From: Patagioenas fasciata
Lineage: Eukaryota
Length of the DNA: 64,000 nucleotides
Direction: 5' to 3'
Assembly (NCBI RefSeq): GCF_037038585.1
Contig: NC_092556.1
Location: 450,619-514,618 of the forward strand
The first letter of the stretch is position 1; every line of letters begins with the position of its first letter. The translations under genes were made by a program, and so were the position numbers. Under the pieces are notes generated by a model. That model was not told where the DNA came from. It saw nothing but the letters and a program-made list of their open reading frames with translations, and made no database searches. Of the stretch, positions 51,180 through 62,399 are shown one piece after another.

Positions 51180-54100
51180 TTTTTGGGGTTGTTGGGTTGG
51201 GGGGAATCTATGGGGCTGGGGGTCTATGGGGCTGGGGGTCTATGGGGCTGGGGGGCCTATGGGGCTGGGGGGATCTATGGGGCTGGGGGGCCTATGGGGG
51301 CTTCTATGGGGCTGGGGGGGTCTCTGGGGGTTTCTATGGGGCTGGGGGGATCTATGGGGGCTTCTATGGGGCTGGGGGGTCTATGGGGCTGGGGGGATTC
51401 TATGGGGCAGAGGAGGATTCTATGGGGCTGGGGGCGTCTATGGGGGCTTCTATGGGGCTGGGGGGTCTATGGGGCAGAGAAGGATTCTATGGGGCTGGGG
51501 GGGTCTATGGGGGTTTCTATGGGGCGGGGGGGTCTATGGGGGTTTCTATGGGGCTGGGGGGGATTCTATGGGGCTGGAGGGGACCTATGGGGCTGGGGGG
51601 TCTATGGGGGTTTCTATGGGGCTGGGGGGTCTATGGGGCAGAGGGGGATTCTATGGGGCTGGGGGTTTCTATGGGGCAGAGGGGGATTCTATGGGGCTGG
51701 GTGGTCTATGGGGGTTTCTATGGGGCTGGGGGAGATCTGTGGGGCTGAGGGGGATTCTATGGGGCTGGGGGGTCTCTGTGGGTTTCTATGGGGGTCAGAC
51801 CTATGGGGCAGGTGGGTGGGGCAGCGCTATGGGTCCGGCCGGGTCCCCGCCCCACACGTCCCCTCTGCCCCACAACCCCCCCCAGCCCCACGGCCGGAGC
51901 CTTCGCATCAACGAGGAGGAGGAGCCGCTTATGGGGCAGGACCCATAAGTGACCCCCAGACCCATAACTGACCCATAAGTGATTCCCAGACCCACATCTG
52001 CCCCCCAAGTGAACCCCAATGCCGAGGGACCCAGGCGTCCGGGCCCCACATCTGCCCCATAAGTGCCACCAAACCCCAGCGGACCCAGGCGTCCGGGCCC
52101 CACATCTGCCCCACACTTTGACTTTGGGGTCCAGTTTTATTGATGGTTGGGGGGCAATGGGGGGGTCTGTGGGTCACAGAGGAATCTATGGGTCACAGGG
52201 GGGAGATCTATGGGGCCCATCAAGGATCTATGGGTCACAGAGTAGATCTATGGGTCCCGGTGTGGTCTATGGGTCTGGGGGAGATCTATGGGGTGCAGGG
52301 CAAATCTGTGGGTCTGGGGGGATCTATGGGTCCCATAAGGAATCTATGGGGCCCAGGGCAAATCTATGGGGCCCAGGGTGAATCTGTGGGTCCCATAAAG
52401 AATCTATGGGTCTCAGGACAAGTCTATGGGTCCCAGAGCAAATCTGTGGGTCCCATAAGGAATCTGTGGGTCCCAGGACAAAACTATGGGTCACGGAGTA
52501 AATCTATGGTTCTCAGGACAAATCTATGGGGCCCATGGTGGGGATCTATGGGTCCCATAAAGAATCTATGGGTCCCAGGCCAAATCTATGGGTCCCAGAG
52601 AAAACCTATGGGTCCCATAAGGAATCTGTGGGTCACAGGACAGGTCTATGGGTCTCTATGGTCCCTATGGTCTCTATGGGTCCCTATGGGGCCCTATGGG
52701 TCTCTATGGGTCTCTATGGGTCTGTGTGGGTCTCTATGGGTCCCCATGGGTCTCTATGGGTCCTTATGGGTCTCTATGGGTCCCTATGGGTCTCTATGGT
52801 CTCTATGGGTCCCTATGGTCGCTATGGGTCTCTATGGGTCCCTATGGTCTCTATGGGTCCCTATGGGTCCCTATGGGTCCCTATGGGTTTCTATGGTCTC
52901 TATGGTCCCTATGGGTCTCTATGGTCTCTATGGGTCCCTATGGGTCCCTATGGGTCCCCATGGGGGTCTATGGGTCCTTATGGGTCTCTATGGGTCCGTG
53001 TGGGTCTCTATGGGTCTCTATGGTCTCTATGGTCTCTATGGGTCCCTATGGGTCCCTATGGGTCTCTATGGTCCCTATGGGTCTCTATGGGTCCGTGTGG
53101 GTCTCTATGGGTCTCTATGGTCCCTATGGTCTCTATGGGGCCCTATGGGTCTCTATGGGTCTCTATGGGTCTGTGTGGTCCCTATGGGTCTGTGTGGGTC
53201 TCTATGGGTCCCCATGGGTCTCTATGGGTCTGTGTGGTCTCTATGGGTCCCTATGGTCTCTATGGGTCCCTATGGGTCTCTATGGGTCTGTGTGGTCTCT
53301 ATGGGTCCCTATGGGTCTCTATGGGTCTCTATGGGTCCCTATGGGTCTCTATGGTCTCTATGGGTCTCTATGGTCTCTATGGGTCCCTATGGGTCCCTAT
53401 GGGTCTCTATGGGTCCCTATGGGTCTCTATGGGTCCGTGTGGGTCCCCATGGGGCGTCCGTGGGTCCGGGGTCCGTGGGTCCGATCTCAGCTGCGTCAGC
53501 GATTTTTTGGGGGCCAAAGCCCATAAGTTAGGGGGGGGGGAGGGGCAGCGGCTCCCGGGGCCTGCGGGGAGAATTTGGGGTGAAAAACGGGGGATTTGGG
53601 AAAAATGGGGTTGGGGGAAAATGGGGTTTTGGGGGGAAAAAAGGGGATTTTGGGGGTGAAAAATGGGGATTTTGGGGGACAAAAAATAGCGGGGGTTTTG
53701 GGGAAAATGGGGATTTTTGGGGGAAAAACGGGGGATTTTGGGTTAAAAATGGGGGTTTTTGGGGGTGAAAAATGGGGATTTTGGGGGGGGAATATTGGGG
53801 GTTTTTGGGGTGAAAAAAGGGGATTTTGGGGAAAAAATTGGGGTTTTGGGGGGGGAAATTTTGGGGTTTTTTGGGGTGAAAAATGGGGATTTTTGAGGGG
53901 AAAATTGGGGTTTTTTGGGGGAGAAAAATTGGGATTTTTGAGGGGGAAATATTGGGGGTTTTTTTGGGGTGAAAAAATGGGGATTTGGGGAAAAAAATGG
54001 GGGTTTTGAGGGGAAAAATTTTGGGACTTTTTTGGGTGAAAAAAGGGGATTTTTGAGGGAAAAATTGGGGTTTTTTTGGGGTGAAAAAAGGGGGTTTTGG

Positions 54101-54650
54101 GGTGGAAAACGGGGATTTTTGGGGTGAAAAAAGGGATTTTTGGGGTGAAAAAAGGGGATTTTCGGGTCAAAAATGGAGATTTTTGGGGTGAAAAATGGTT
54201 TTTTGGGGGTTGAAAATCGGGATTTTTGGGGTGAAAAAGGGCGATTTTGGGGTGGAAAATGGGGACATTTGGGGTGAAAAAGGGGGATTTTGGGATCAAA
54301 AAGGCGATTTTTGGGGTGAAAAAAGGGGTTTTTGGGGCGGAAAATGGGGATTTTTGGTGTGAAAATGGGGATTTTTGGCATAAAAAGGGGATTTTGGGGT
54401 CAAAAATGGGGATTTTTGGGGTGGAAAATGGGGATTTTTGGTGTGAAAATGGGGATTTTTGGCATAAAAAGGGGATTTTGAGGTCAAAAATGGGGATTTT
54501 TGGGGTGAAAAAGGGCGATTTTGGGGTGGAAAATGGGGATTTTGGGGTGAAAAAGGGGATTTGGGGGTGAAAACGTGGATTTTGGGGGTGAAAAGGGGGT
54601 TTTGGGGTGAAAAAGGGGATTTTTGGGGTGAAAAAGGGGATTTTTGGGGC
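51180..54650. repeat. Series of minisatellites: CTATGGGGCTGGGGGG (51180-51800), GGGTCTCTATGGGTCCCTATGG (52140-53460), GGGGTGAAAAATGGGGATTTTTGG (53550-54650)
   Basis: Direct reading. A small unique island at 51830-52140 separates the arrays. Confidence 0.9.
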
Positions 54651-54654
54651 AGAC

Positions 54655-54695
54655 CCACATGTTCTCGTAGTTGGCGGCGTCTTCGCTGTCGCTGC
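54655..54695 (-). CDS. LAT: LAT C-terminal exon carrying the YENM motif: (G)SDSEDAANYENMW...; 3' end unresolved because the ORF runs on into satellite
   Basis: Minus-strand acceptor cccccccag|GCAGCGAC. Matches human LAT EEEGAPDYENLQELN (Grb2 YxN site). The phase is compatible with the EYVNV exon. Confidence 0.55.
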
Positions 54696-54832
54696 CTGGG
54701 GGGGAAGGGAGAATTTTGGGGTGAAAAAGGGGGATTTTGGGAAAAAAGAAGAGGATTTGGGGGTGAAAAGGGGGAATTTTGGGGGGGAATGGGGGATTTT
54801 TGGGGTGAAAAAGGGGGATTTTGGGCACTCAC

Positions 54833-54874
54833 CGTGGTGGGGGGAGGGGACGTTGACGTATTCCTGGCTGCCCC
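54833..54874 (-). CDS. LAT: LAT exon: (G)GSQEYVNVPSPHH
   Basis: Minus-strand acceptor ccccag|GGGGCAGCC and donor CCACG|gtgagt. Matches human LAT GSREYVNVSQE, the canonical Grb2-SH2 pYVNV site. Confidence 0.65.
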
Positions 54875-54899
54875 CTGGGGGATGGGAGGATGTGGGGCG

Positions 54900-56520
54900 G
54901 TTATGGGGCACAGTGTGGGGCTATGGGGCTGCTTATGTGGGGCAGGATGTGGGGCTATGGGGCTGGGTATGGGGCACAATGTGGGGCTATGGGGCAGAGT
55001 TATGGGGCAGAATGGGGGGGTCTATGGGGCAGAATGGGGGGGTCTATGGGGTAGAGTTATGGGGCAGAATGGGGGGTCTATGGGGCAGGTTATGGGGCAG
55101 AATGGGGGGGTCTATGGGGCAGAATGGGGGGGTCTATGGGGCAGGTTATGGGGCAGAATGGGGGGTCTATGGTGCAGGTTATGGGGCAGAATTGTGGGGT
55201 CTGTGGGGCAGAGTTATGGGGCAGAATGGGGGGTCTATGGGGCAGGTTATGGGGCAGAATTGTGGGGTCTGTGGGGCAGAGTTATGGGGCAGAATGGGGG
55301 TCTATGGGGCTTCTTATGGGGCAGGTTGTGGGGCAGGTTATGGGGCAGAATGAGGGTCTATGCGGCAGGTTCTGGGGCTGGTTATGGGGCGGGATGTGGG
55401 GTGGGATATGGTGCTGGTTATGGGGCAGGTTGTGGGTCTACGGGGCTGGTTATGGGGCAGGATGTGGGGTGGGATATAGGGCAGGTTATGAGGCTGCTTA
55501 TGGGTCTGGTTATGGGGCAGAATGAGGGTCTATGGGGCAGGATCTGGGGCTGGTTATGGGGCAGGATGTGGGGCTATGGGGCTGGCTATGGGGTTGGTTA
55601 CGGGACTGGTTATGGGGCTGGATGTGGGGTGGGATATGGGGCTGGTTATGGGGTAGGTTGTGGGTCTATGGGGCAGGTTATGGGGCAGGATGTGGGGCAG
55701 GTTATGGGGCGGGATGGGGGTCTATGGGGCGGGTTATGGGGCTGGTTATGGGGCACATTATGGGGCACAATGTTGGTGTATGGGGCTAGTTATGGGGCAG
55801 GATGCGGGTCCATGGGGCAGGTTCTGAGGCAGGATGTGGGGCAGGTTATGGGGCAGTATATGGGGCAGGTTATGGGGTGGGATGTGGGTCGATGGGGCAG
55901 GTTATGGGGGGATCTATGGGGCTGGTTATGGGGCAGAATGGGGCTCTATGGGGCTGGTTCTGGGGCAGGTTGTGGGTCTATGGGGCAGGATATGGGGCAG
56001 GTTATAGGGCTGGTTATGGGGCAGAATGTGGGGCAGGTTATGGGGGCAGGATGTGGGTCTATGGGGCAGGTTATGGGGCAGGATGTGGGTCTATGGGGCT
56101 GGTTATGGGGCAGGATGTGGGGTGGGATGTGAGTCTATGGGGTTGGTTATGGGGCAGGTTATGGGGCAGGATGCGGGTCTACGGGGCTGGTTATGGGGCT
56201 GGTTATGGGGCGGGATGTGGGTCTATGGGGCTGGTTATGGGGCTGGTTATGGGGCGGGATGTGGGTCTATGGGGCTGGTTATGGGGCTGGTTATGGGGCG
56301 GGATGTGGGTCTATGGGGTTGGTTATGGGGCTGGTTATGGGGCAGGACGCGACTCTATGGGGCAGGTTACAGGGCTGGTTATGGGGTGGGATGTGGATCT
56401 ATGGGGCAGATCCATGGGGCAGATCCGTGGGTCTATGGGTCAGATCCATGGGGCAGATCCGTGGGTCTATGGGGCAGATCCATGGGGCAGATCCGTGGGT
56501 CTATGGGGCAGATCCATGGG
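54900..56520. repeat. GGTTATGGGGCAGGATGTGG-family minisatellite
   Basis: Direct reading. Confidence 0.9.
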
Positions 56521-56539
56521 GCAGATCCGTGGGTCTCAC

Positions 56540-56590
56540 CCAATGAGCTCCCGGTGCCTTTGGGGACGTTGACGTAATCGTCACCTTGAG
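56540..56590 (-). CDS. LAT: LAT exon: QGDDYVNVPKGTGSSL
   Basis: Minus-strand acceptor ttcccag|CTCAAGG and donor CATTGG|gtgaga. Identical to the human LAT motif IDDYVNVPES. Its phase-1 end joins the EYVNV exon as GGG. Confidence 0.7.
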
Positions 56591-56720
56591 CTGGGAATTA
56601 ACGGCAATTAACGGTAATTAACGGGTAATTAACGGTAATTAACGGGTAATTAACGGTAATTAAGGGGTAATTAACGGTAATTAACGGGTAATTAGCGGGT
56701 AATTAACGGTAATTAAGGGT
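56590..56720. repeat. (TAATTAACGG(G))n, about 12 units, AT-rich microsatellite directly abutting the LAT DDYVNVP exon acceptor
   Basis: attaacggcaattaacggtaattaacgggtaattaacgg... Confidence 0.9.
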
Positions 56721-56799
56721 AATTAAGGGGACCATGGGTCCCGTTGTCACCCACCCGAGGACTCGCTGTCCCCACCCGGGGGGGTCCCGTTTGTCACCT

Positions 56800-58960
56800 C
56801 CTGGTCGGGCAGAACGTGCCTGGGGACAATGGGGGGCAATGGGACACAATGGGGACAATGGGGGCAATGGGGACAATGGGACACAATGGGGACAATGGGG
56901 ACAATGGGGACAATGGGGGAATGGGGACAATGGGGACAATGGGGACAATGGGGACATTGGGGACAATGGGAGTCAATGGGAGTCAATGGGGTCAATGGGG
57001 GTGAATGGGGGTCAATGGGGGTCAATGGGAATCAATGGGGGTCAATGGGGTCAATGGGGTCAATGGGGTCAATGGGGACAATGGGGACAATGGGACAATG
57101 GGGACATTGGGGAAAATGGGGACAATGGGGACAATGAGGACAATGGGAGTCAATGGGGGTCAATGGGGATCAATGAGGGTCAATGGGGTTCAATGGGAGT
57201 AAATGGGGGTCAATGGGGGGCAATGGGGGCAATGGGGACAATGGGACACAATGGGGACAATGGGGACAATGGGGGCAATGGGGGCAATGGGGACAATGGG
57301 GGCAATGGGGACAATGAGGACAATGGGAGTCAATGGGGGTCAATGGGGATCAATGGGGGTCAATGGGGATCAATGGGAGTCAATGGGGGTCAATGGGGGT
57401 CAATGGGGGTCAATGGGGGTCAATGGGGTCAATGGGGTCAATGGGGACATTTGGTGACGTCACGCACACGTAGCCCATGTAGGTGACGTCATCGTCATCG
57501 GGGTCCGGGGGGACGGGGGGACCTGTGGGGACAATGGGGACAATGGGTCAATGGGGACAATGGGGTCGATGGGGGTCAATGGGAGTCAATGGAGATCAAT
57601 GGGGGTCAATGGGAGTCAATGGGGTCAATGGGGGTCTACGGGGGTCAATGGGGACAATGGGGACAATGGGGGTCAATGGGGTCTATGGGGTCAATGGGGG
57701 TCTATGGGGGGCAATGGGAGTCAATGGGGATCAATGGGGATCAATGGGGGTCAATGGGGGTCTACGGGGGTCTATGGGGGTCAATGGGGGTCAATGGGGT
57801 CAATGGGGGGCAATGGGGTCAATGGGGGTCAATGGGTCAATGGGGGGCAATGGGGTCAATGGGTCAATGGGGGGTCAATGGGGTCAATGGGAGTCAAAGG
57901 GGGGCAATGGGGATCAATGGGGTCTTTGGGGGTCTACGGGGGTCAATGGGGACAATGGGGATCAATGGGGGTCAATGGGGGTCTACGGGGGTCAATGGGG
58001 TCAATGGGGGTCAATGGGGGTCTATGGGGGTCAATGGGGGTCAATGGGGTCAATGGGGGGTCAATGGGTCAATGGGGGTCAGTGGGGTCAATGGGGTCAA
58101 TGGGGTCATGGGGTCAATGGGGGTCAATGGGGGTCAATGGGGTCAATGGGGGTCAACGGGGTCAATGGGAGTCAATAGGGATCAATGGGGGTCAATGGGG
58201 ATCAATGGGGGGTCAATGGGAGTCAATGGGGGTCAATGGGGGTCAATGGGGATCAATGGGGACACTTGGGGGTCAATGGGGGTCAATGGGGTCAATGGGA
58301 GTCAATGGGGGGCAATGGGTCAATGGGGGTCAATGGGTCAATGGGTCAATGGGGGTCAATGGGGGTCAATGGGGACAATGGGGGTCAATGGGGGGCAATG
58401 GGGATCAATGGGGTCTTTGGGGGTCTACAGGGGTCAATGGGGGTCAATGGGGGTCAATGGGTCAGTGGGGATCAATGGGGTCAATGGGGGTCAATGGGGG
58501 TCAATGGGGTCAATGGGATCAATGGGGTCAATGGGGTCAATGGGGGTCAATGGGGTCTTTGGGGGTCTACGGGGGTCAATGGGGGTCTATGGGGGTCAAT
58601 GGGTCAATGGGGGTCAATGGGGTCAATGGGGGTCAATGGGGGTCAATGGGGGTCAATGGGTCAATGGGGGTCAATGGGGGTCAATGGGGATCAATGGGGT
58701 CAATGGGGTCAATGGGGGTCAATGGGGGTCAATGGGTCAATGGGGGTCAATGGGGGTCAATGGGGGTCTATGGGGGTCAATGGGTCAATGGGTCAATGGG
58801 TCAATGGGGGTCAATGGGGGTCAATGGGGATCAATGGGGTCAATGGGGTCAATGGGGGTCAATGGGGGTCAATGGGTCAATGGGTCAATGGGTCAATGGG
58901 GGTCAATGGGGTCAATGGGGGTCTATGGGGGTCAATGGGTCAATGGGGTCCATGGGGACA
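56800..58960. repeat. (GGGGTCAATGG)n ~11-bp minisatellite
   Basis: Direct reading. It generates the spurious ORFs 57551..59815 and 57589..58992. Confidence 0.9.
57449..57522 (-). CDS. LAT: Candidate LAT exon: PPVPPDPDDDDVTYMGYVCVTSPN (homolog of the human EDEDDYHNPGYLVVLPDS PLCgamma-binding region); 3' boundary uncertain
   Basis: Minus-strand acceptor ccccacag|GTCCCC. Shares the DD-Y-x3-GY(V/L)xV pattern. The donor is weak (AAAT|gtcccc). Confidence 0.4.
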
Positions 58961-58982
58961 AGGGGTCCCCATTGTCACTCAC

Positions 58983-59186
58983 CGTTCGTTGACCCCCGGT
59001 GGCTCTGGGGGGGTTGGGGGGACCTGGGGGCCCATTGGGGACACTGGGGACATTGCCCCCCCGGCTCCGCCCCCATTGGCCCCAGGGGCCCCATTGTTGT
59101 CCCCACTGTCCCCGTTGTCCCCAGGGGCGCCCGCGGCGTCGGGTCCCTCGGCGCTTCCCACGGGTGGGGGAGGGGCTGGGGGGGAC
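58983..59186 (-). CDS. LAT: Candidate LAT Pro/acidic-rich exon: (R)SPPAPPPPVGSAEGPDAAGAPGDNGDSGDNNGAPGANGGGAGGAMSPVSPMGPQVPPTPPEPPGVNER
   Basis: Acceptor cccacag|GTCCCCC and donor AACGAACG|gtgagtgac. Its phase joins the PRIQF exon (AG+G). The composition resembles the human LAT proline-rich then acidic stretch. Confidence 0.4.
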
Positions 59187-59199
59187 CTGTGGGGGAGGG

Positions 59200-59790
59200 G
59201 ACACGCGGGGGTCACGGGGGACACTGGGGGTCAATGGGGACATTGGGGTCAGTGGGGACTTTGGGGACATTGGGGTCACTTGGGGGTCATTGGGGACATT
59301 GGGGACACTTGGGGGTCAATGGGGACATTGGGGGTCAATGGGGACACTGGGGGGTCATGGGGGACATTGGGGGACATTGGGGACATTGGGGACACTTGGG
59401 GGTCATGGGGGACATTGGGGGTCAATGGGGACTTTGGGGACATTGGGGACACTTGGGGGTCAATGGGGACATTGGGGGTCAATGGGGACACTGGGGGTCA
59501 ATGGGGACACTTGGGGGTCAATGGGGACACTGGGGGTCAATGGGGACACTTGGGGGTCAATGGGGACACTGGGGACACTTGGGGGTCAATGGGGACACTG
59601 GGGGGTCAGTGGGGACATTGGGGGTCAATGGGGACATTGGGGACACTTGGGGGTCAATGGGGACATTGGGGGTCAATGGGGACACTTGGGGGTCACTGGG
59701 GTCCTTTGGGGGTCACTTATGGGTCGCGGGGTCACTTGGGGGTCACTGGGGGGTCACTTGGGGGTCACTTGGGGGTCACTTGGGGGTCAC
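59200..59790. repeat. GGGGGTCAATGGGGACATTGG-family minisatellite
   Basis: Direct reading. Confidence 0.9.
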
Positions 59791-59794
59791 TGAC

Positions 59795-59838
59795 CTCTGC
59801 AAGGGGTCACGATGACAAAACTGGATCCGGGGGGCGGC
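59795..59838 (-). CDS. LAT: LAT exon: AAPRIQFCHRDPLQ(R)
   Basis: Acceptor cccccccag|GCCGCC and donor GCAGAG|gtcagt. Matches human LAT LYPRGIQFKRPHTV. Confidence 0.5.
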
Positions 59839-59999
59839 CTGGGGGGGGCGGGGGGGAGGGGCCAGTTGGGGGTCAGGCCCCTCCCCCCCAGCCCCATAGA
59901 AGGGACCCAGGAGTCCGGGAGGGACCCAGGAGTCCGGGACCCACAAGTGCTGCCCCCCTCCCCCCCACTCACTTGTCAGCGGCGTCCAATGGGGGGAGG

Positions 60000-62140
60000 G
60001 GACCTGTGGGGAGACCCATAAGTGACCCACAAGTGACCCAGGGAGACCCCCACCCAGCCCCACAAGTGCCCCATAGCGACCCCCGAGTGCCCCATAGCGA
60101 CCCCCAAGTGCCCCATAGTGACCCCCAAGTGCCCCATAGCGACCCCCAAGTGCCCCATAGCGAACCCCCAGGAGCCCCAGAGCGCCCCCCAAGTGCCCCA
60201 TAGTGACCCCCAAGTGCCCCATAGCGACCCCCCAAGTGCCCCATAGTGCCCCCCAAGTGCCCCATAGCGACCTCTAACTGCCCCCTAAGTGCCACCCCAG
60301 CCCCATAAGTGCCCCAGAGCGCCCCCCAAGTGCCCCATAGTGCCCCCCAAGTGCCCCCCATAGCGACCCCCAAGTGCCCCCCAGCCCCATAAGTGCCCCA
60401 TATTGACCCCTCTTAGTGCCCCCCAAGTGCCCCATAGTGACCCCCAAGTGCCCCATAGCGACCCCCAAGTGCCCCCATAGTTTCCTCCCCAGCCCCCCAA
60501 ATGCCCCATAGCGCCCCCTAAGTGCCCCCCAGTGCCACCCCAGCCCCATAAGTGCCCCAGAGCGCCCCCCAAGTGGCCCCATAGTGACCCCCAAGTGCCC
60601 CATAGTGCCCCCCAAGTGCCCCATAGCGACCTCCCAAGTGCCCCATAGCGATCCCCAAGTGCCCCATAGCGAACCCCCAGGTGCCCCATAGCGACCCCCA
60701 AGTGGCCCCCAAGTGCCCCCCAAGTGCCCCCCATAGCGACCCCCAAGTGCCCCCCAGCCCCATAAGTGCCCCATATTGACCCCTCTTAGTGCCCCCCAAG
60801 TGCCCCATAGTGACCCCCAAGTGCCCCATAGCGACCCCCAAGTGCCCCCCATAGTTTCCTCCCCAGCCCCCCAAATGCCCCATAGCGCCCCCTAAGTGCC
60901 CCCCAGTGCCACCCCAGCCCCATAAGTGCCCCAGAGCGCCCCCCAAGTGGCCCCATAGTGACCCCCAAGTGCCCCATAGTGCCCCCCAAGTGCCCCATAG
61001 CGATCCCCAAGTGCCCCATAGCGAACCCCCAGGTGCCCCATAGCGACCCCCAAGTGGCCCCCAAGTGCCCCCCATGTGCCCCCCATAGCACCCCCCAAGT
61101 GCCCCCCAGCCCCATAAGTGCCCCATATTGACCCCTCTTAGTGCCCCCCAAGTGCCCCATAGTGACCCCCAAGTGCCCCATAGCGACCCCCAAGTGCCCC
61201 CATAGTTTCCTCCCCAGCCCCCCAAATGCCCCATAGCGCCCCCTAAGTGCCCCCCAGTGCCACCCCAGCCCCATAAGTGCCCCAGAGCGCCCCCCAAGTG
61301 GCCCATAGTGACCCCCAAGTGCCCCATAGCGACCCCCAAAGTGCCCCATGGTGACCTCCCAACTGCCCCATAGCGACCCCCAAAGTGCCCCATAGTGCCC
61401 CACAAGTGCCCCATAGCGACCTCCCAAGTGCCCCACAGCGACCCCCCAAGTGCCTCCCATGTGCCCCCCATAGCGACCCCCAAGTGCCCCCATAGTTTCC
61501 TCCTCAGCCCCCCAAGTGCCCCATAGCGCCCCATAAGTGCCCCCTAAGTGCCGCCCCAACCCCATAAGTGCCCCATAGCGACCCCCAAAGTGCCCCATGG
61601 TGCCCCACAAGTGCCCCATAGCGACCTCCCAAGTGCCCCACAGCGACCCCCCAAGTGCCCCATAGCGACCCCCAAGTGCCCCCCAAGTACCCCCCATGTG
61701 CCCCCATAGCACCCCCAAGTGCCCCCCAGCCCCATAAGTGCCCCATATTGACCCCTCTTAGTGCCCCCCAAGTGCCCCACAGCGACCCCCGAAGCGCCCC
61801 ATAGCGCCCCCCAAGTGCCCCATAGCGCCCCCTAAGTGCCCCCCAGTGCCACCCCAGCCCCGTAAGTGCCCCAGAGCGCCCCCCAAGTGCCCCATAGTGA
61901 CCACCAAGTGCCCCATAGTGCCCCCCAAATGCCCCACAGCGACCTCTAACTGCCCCCTAAGTGCCACCCCAGCCCCATAAGTGCCCCATAGTGCCCCCCA
62001 AGTGCCCCATAGTGCCCCCCAAGTGCCCCATAGCGACCTCTAACTGCCCCCTAAGTGCCACCCCAGCCCCATAAGTGCCCCAGAGTGCCCCCCAAGTGCC
62101 CCATAGTGACCCCCAAGTGCCCCCCAAGTGCCCCATAGCG
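60000..62140. repeat. CCCCAAGTGCCCCATAGCGACC-family minisatellite
   Basis: Direct reading. It generates many spurious minus-strand ORFs (60274..60852, 60518..61534, 60786..61718). Confidence 0.9.
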
Positions 62141-62153
62141 CCCCCCAACTCAC

Positions 62154-62250
62154 GGCGGCGGCACCGGGTGCAGAGGCCGAGCAGCAACAGGAGGGTGGGG
62201 GGCAGCAGGATCAGGCCCCACAACCCGCTATGGGGCCCGGGACCCTCCAT
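62154..62250 (-). CDS. LAT: LAT exon 1: MEGPGPHSGLWGLILLPPTLLLLLGLCTRCRR(R), with a short ectodomain, a TM helix and a juxtamembrane CxxC palmitoylation motif
   Basis: Minus-strand ATG at 62250-62248 with Kozak cccagccccATGG, and donor CGCCGCC|gtgagt. The architecture matches human LAT MEEAILVPCVLGLLLLPILAMLMALCVHCHRLPG. Confidence 0.65.
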
Positions 62251-62399
62251 GGGGCTGGGGGGAGGGCGTCAGCCGTGGGGCCCGGACGCCTGGGTCCCCC
62301 CCTCATCCCGCCCCACGGGATCCCATTGGGGGCGTTGGGGGGGTCTGACCCATAAGTTGGGGGGCCCAGAAGTACAGTGGTTCCTGCCCCATAAGTTGG

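Noticed and set aside
59973-60003. 31-nt LAT-region micro-exon candidate (cacag|GTCCCCTCCCCCCATTGGACGCCGCTGACAA|gtgagt)
   Set aside because: It has good splice signals, but including it puts the downstream PRIQF exon into a non-homologous frame. It was left unannotated pending transcript data.
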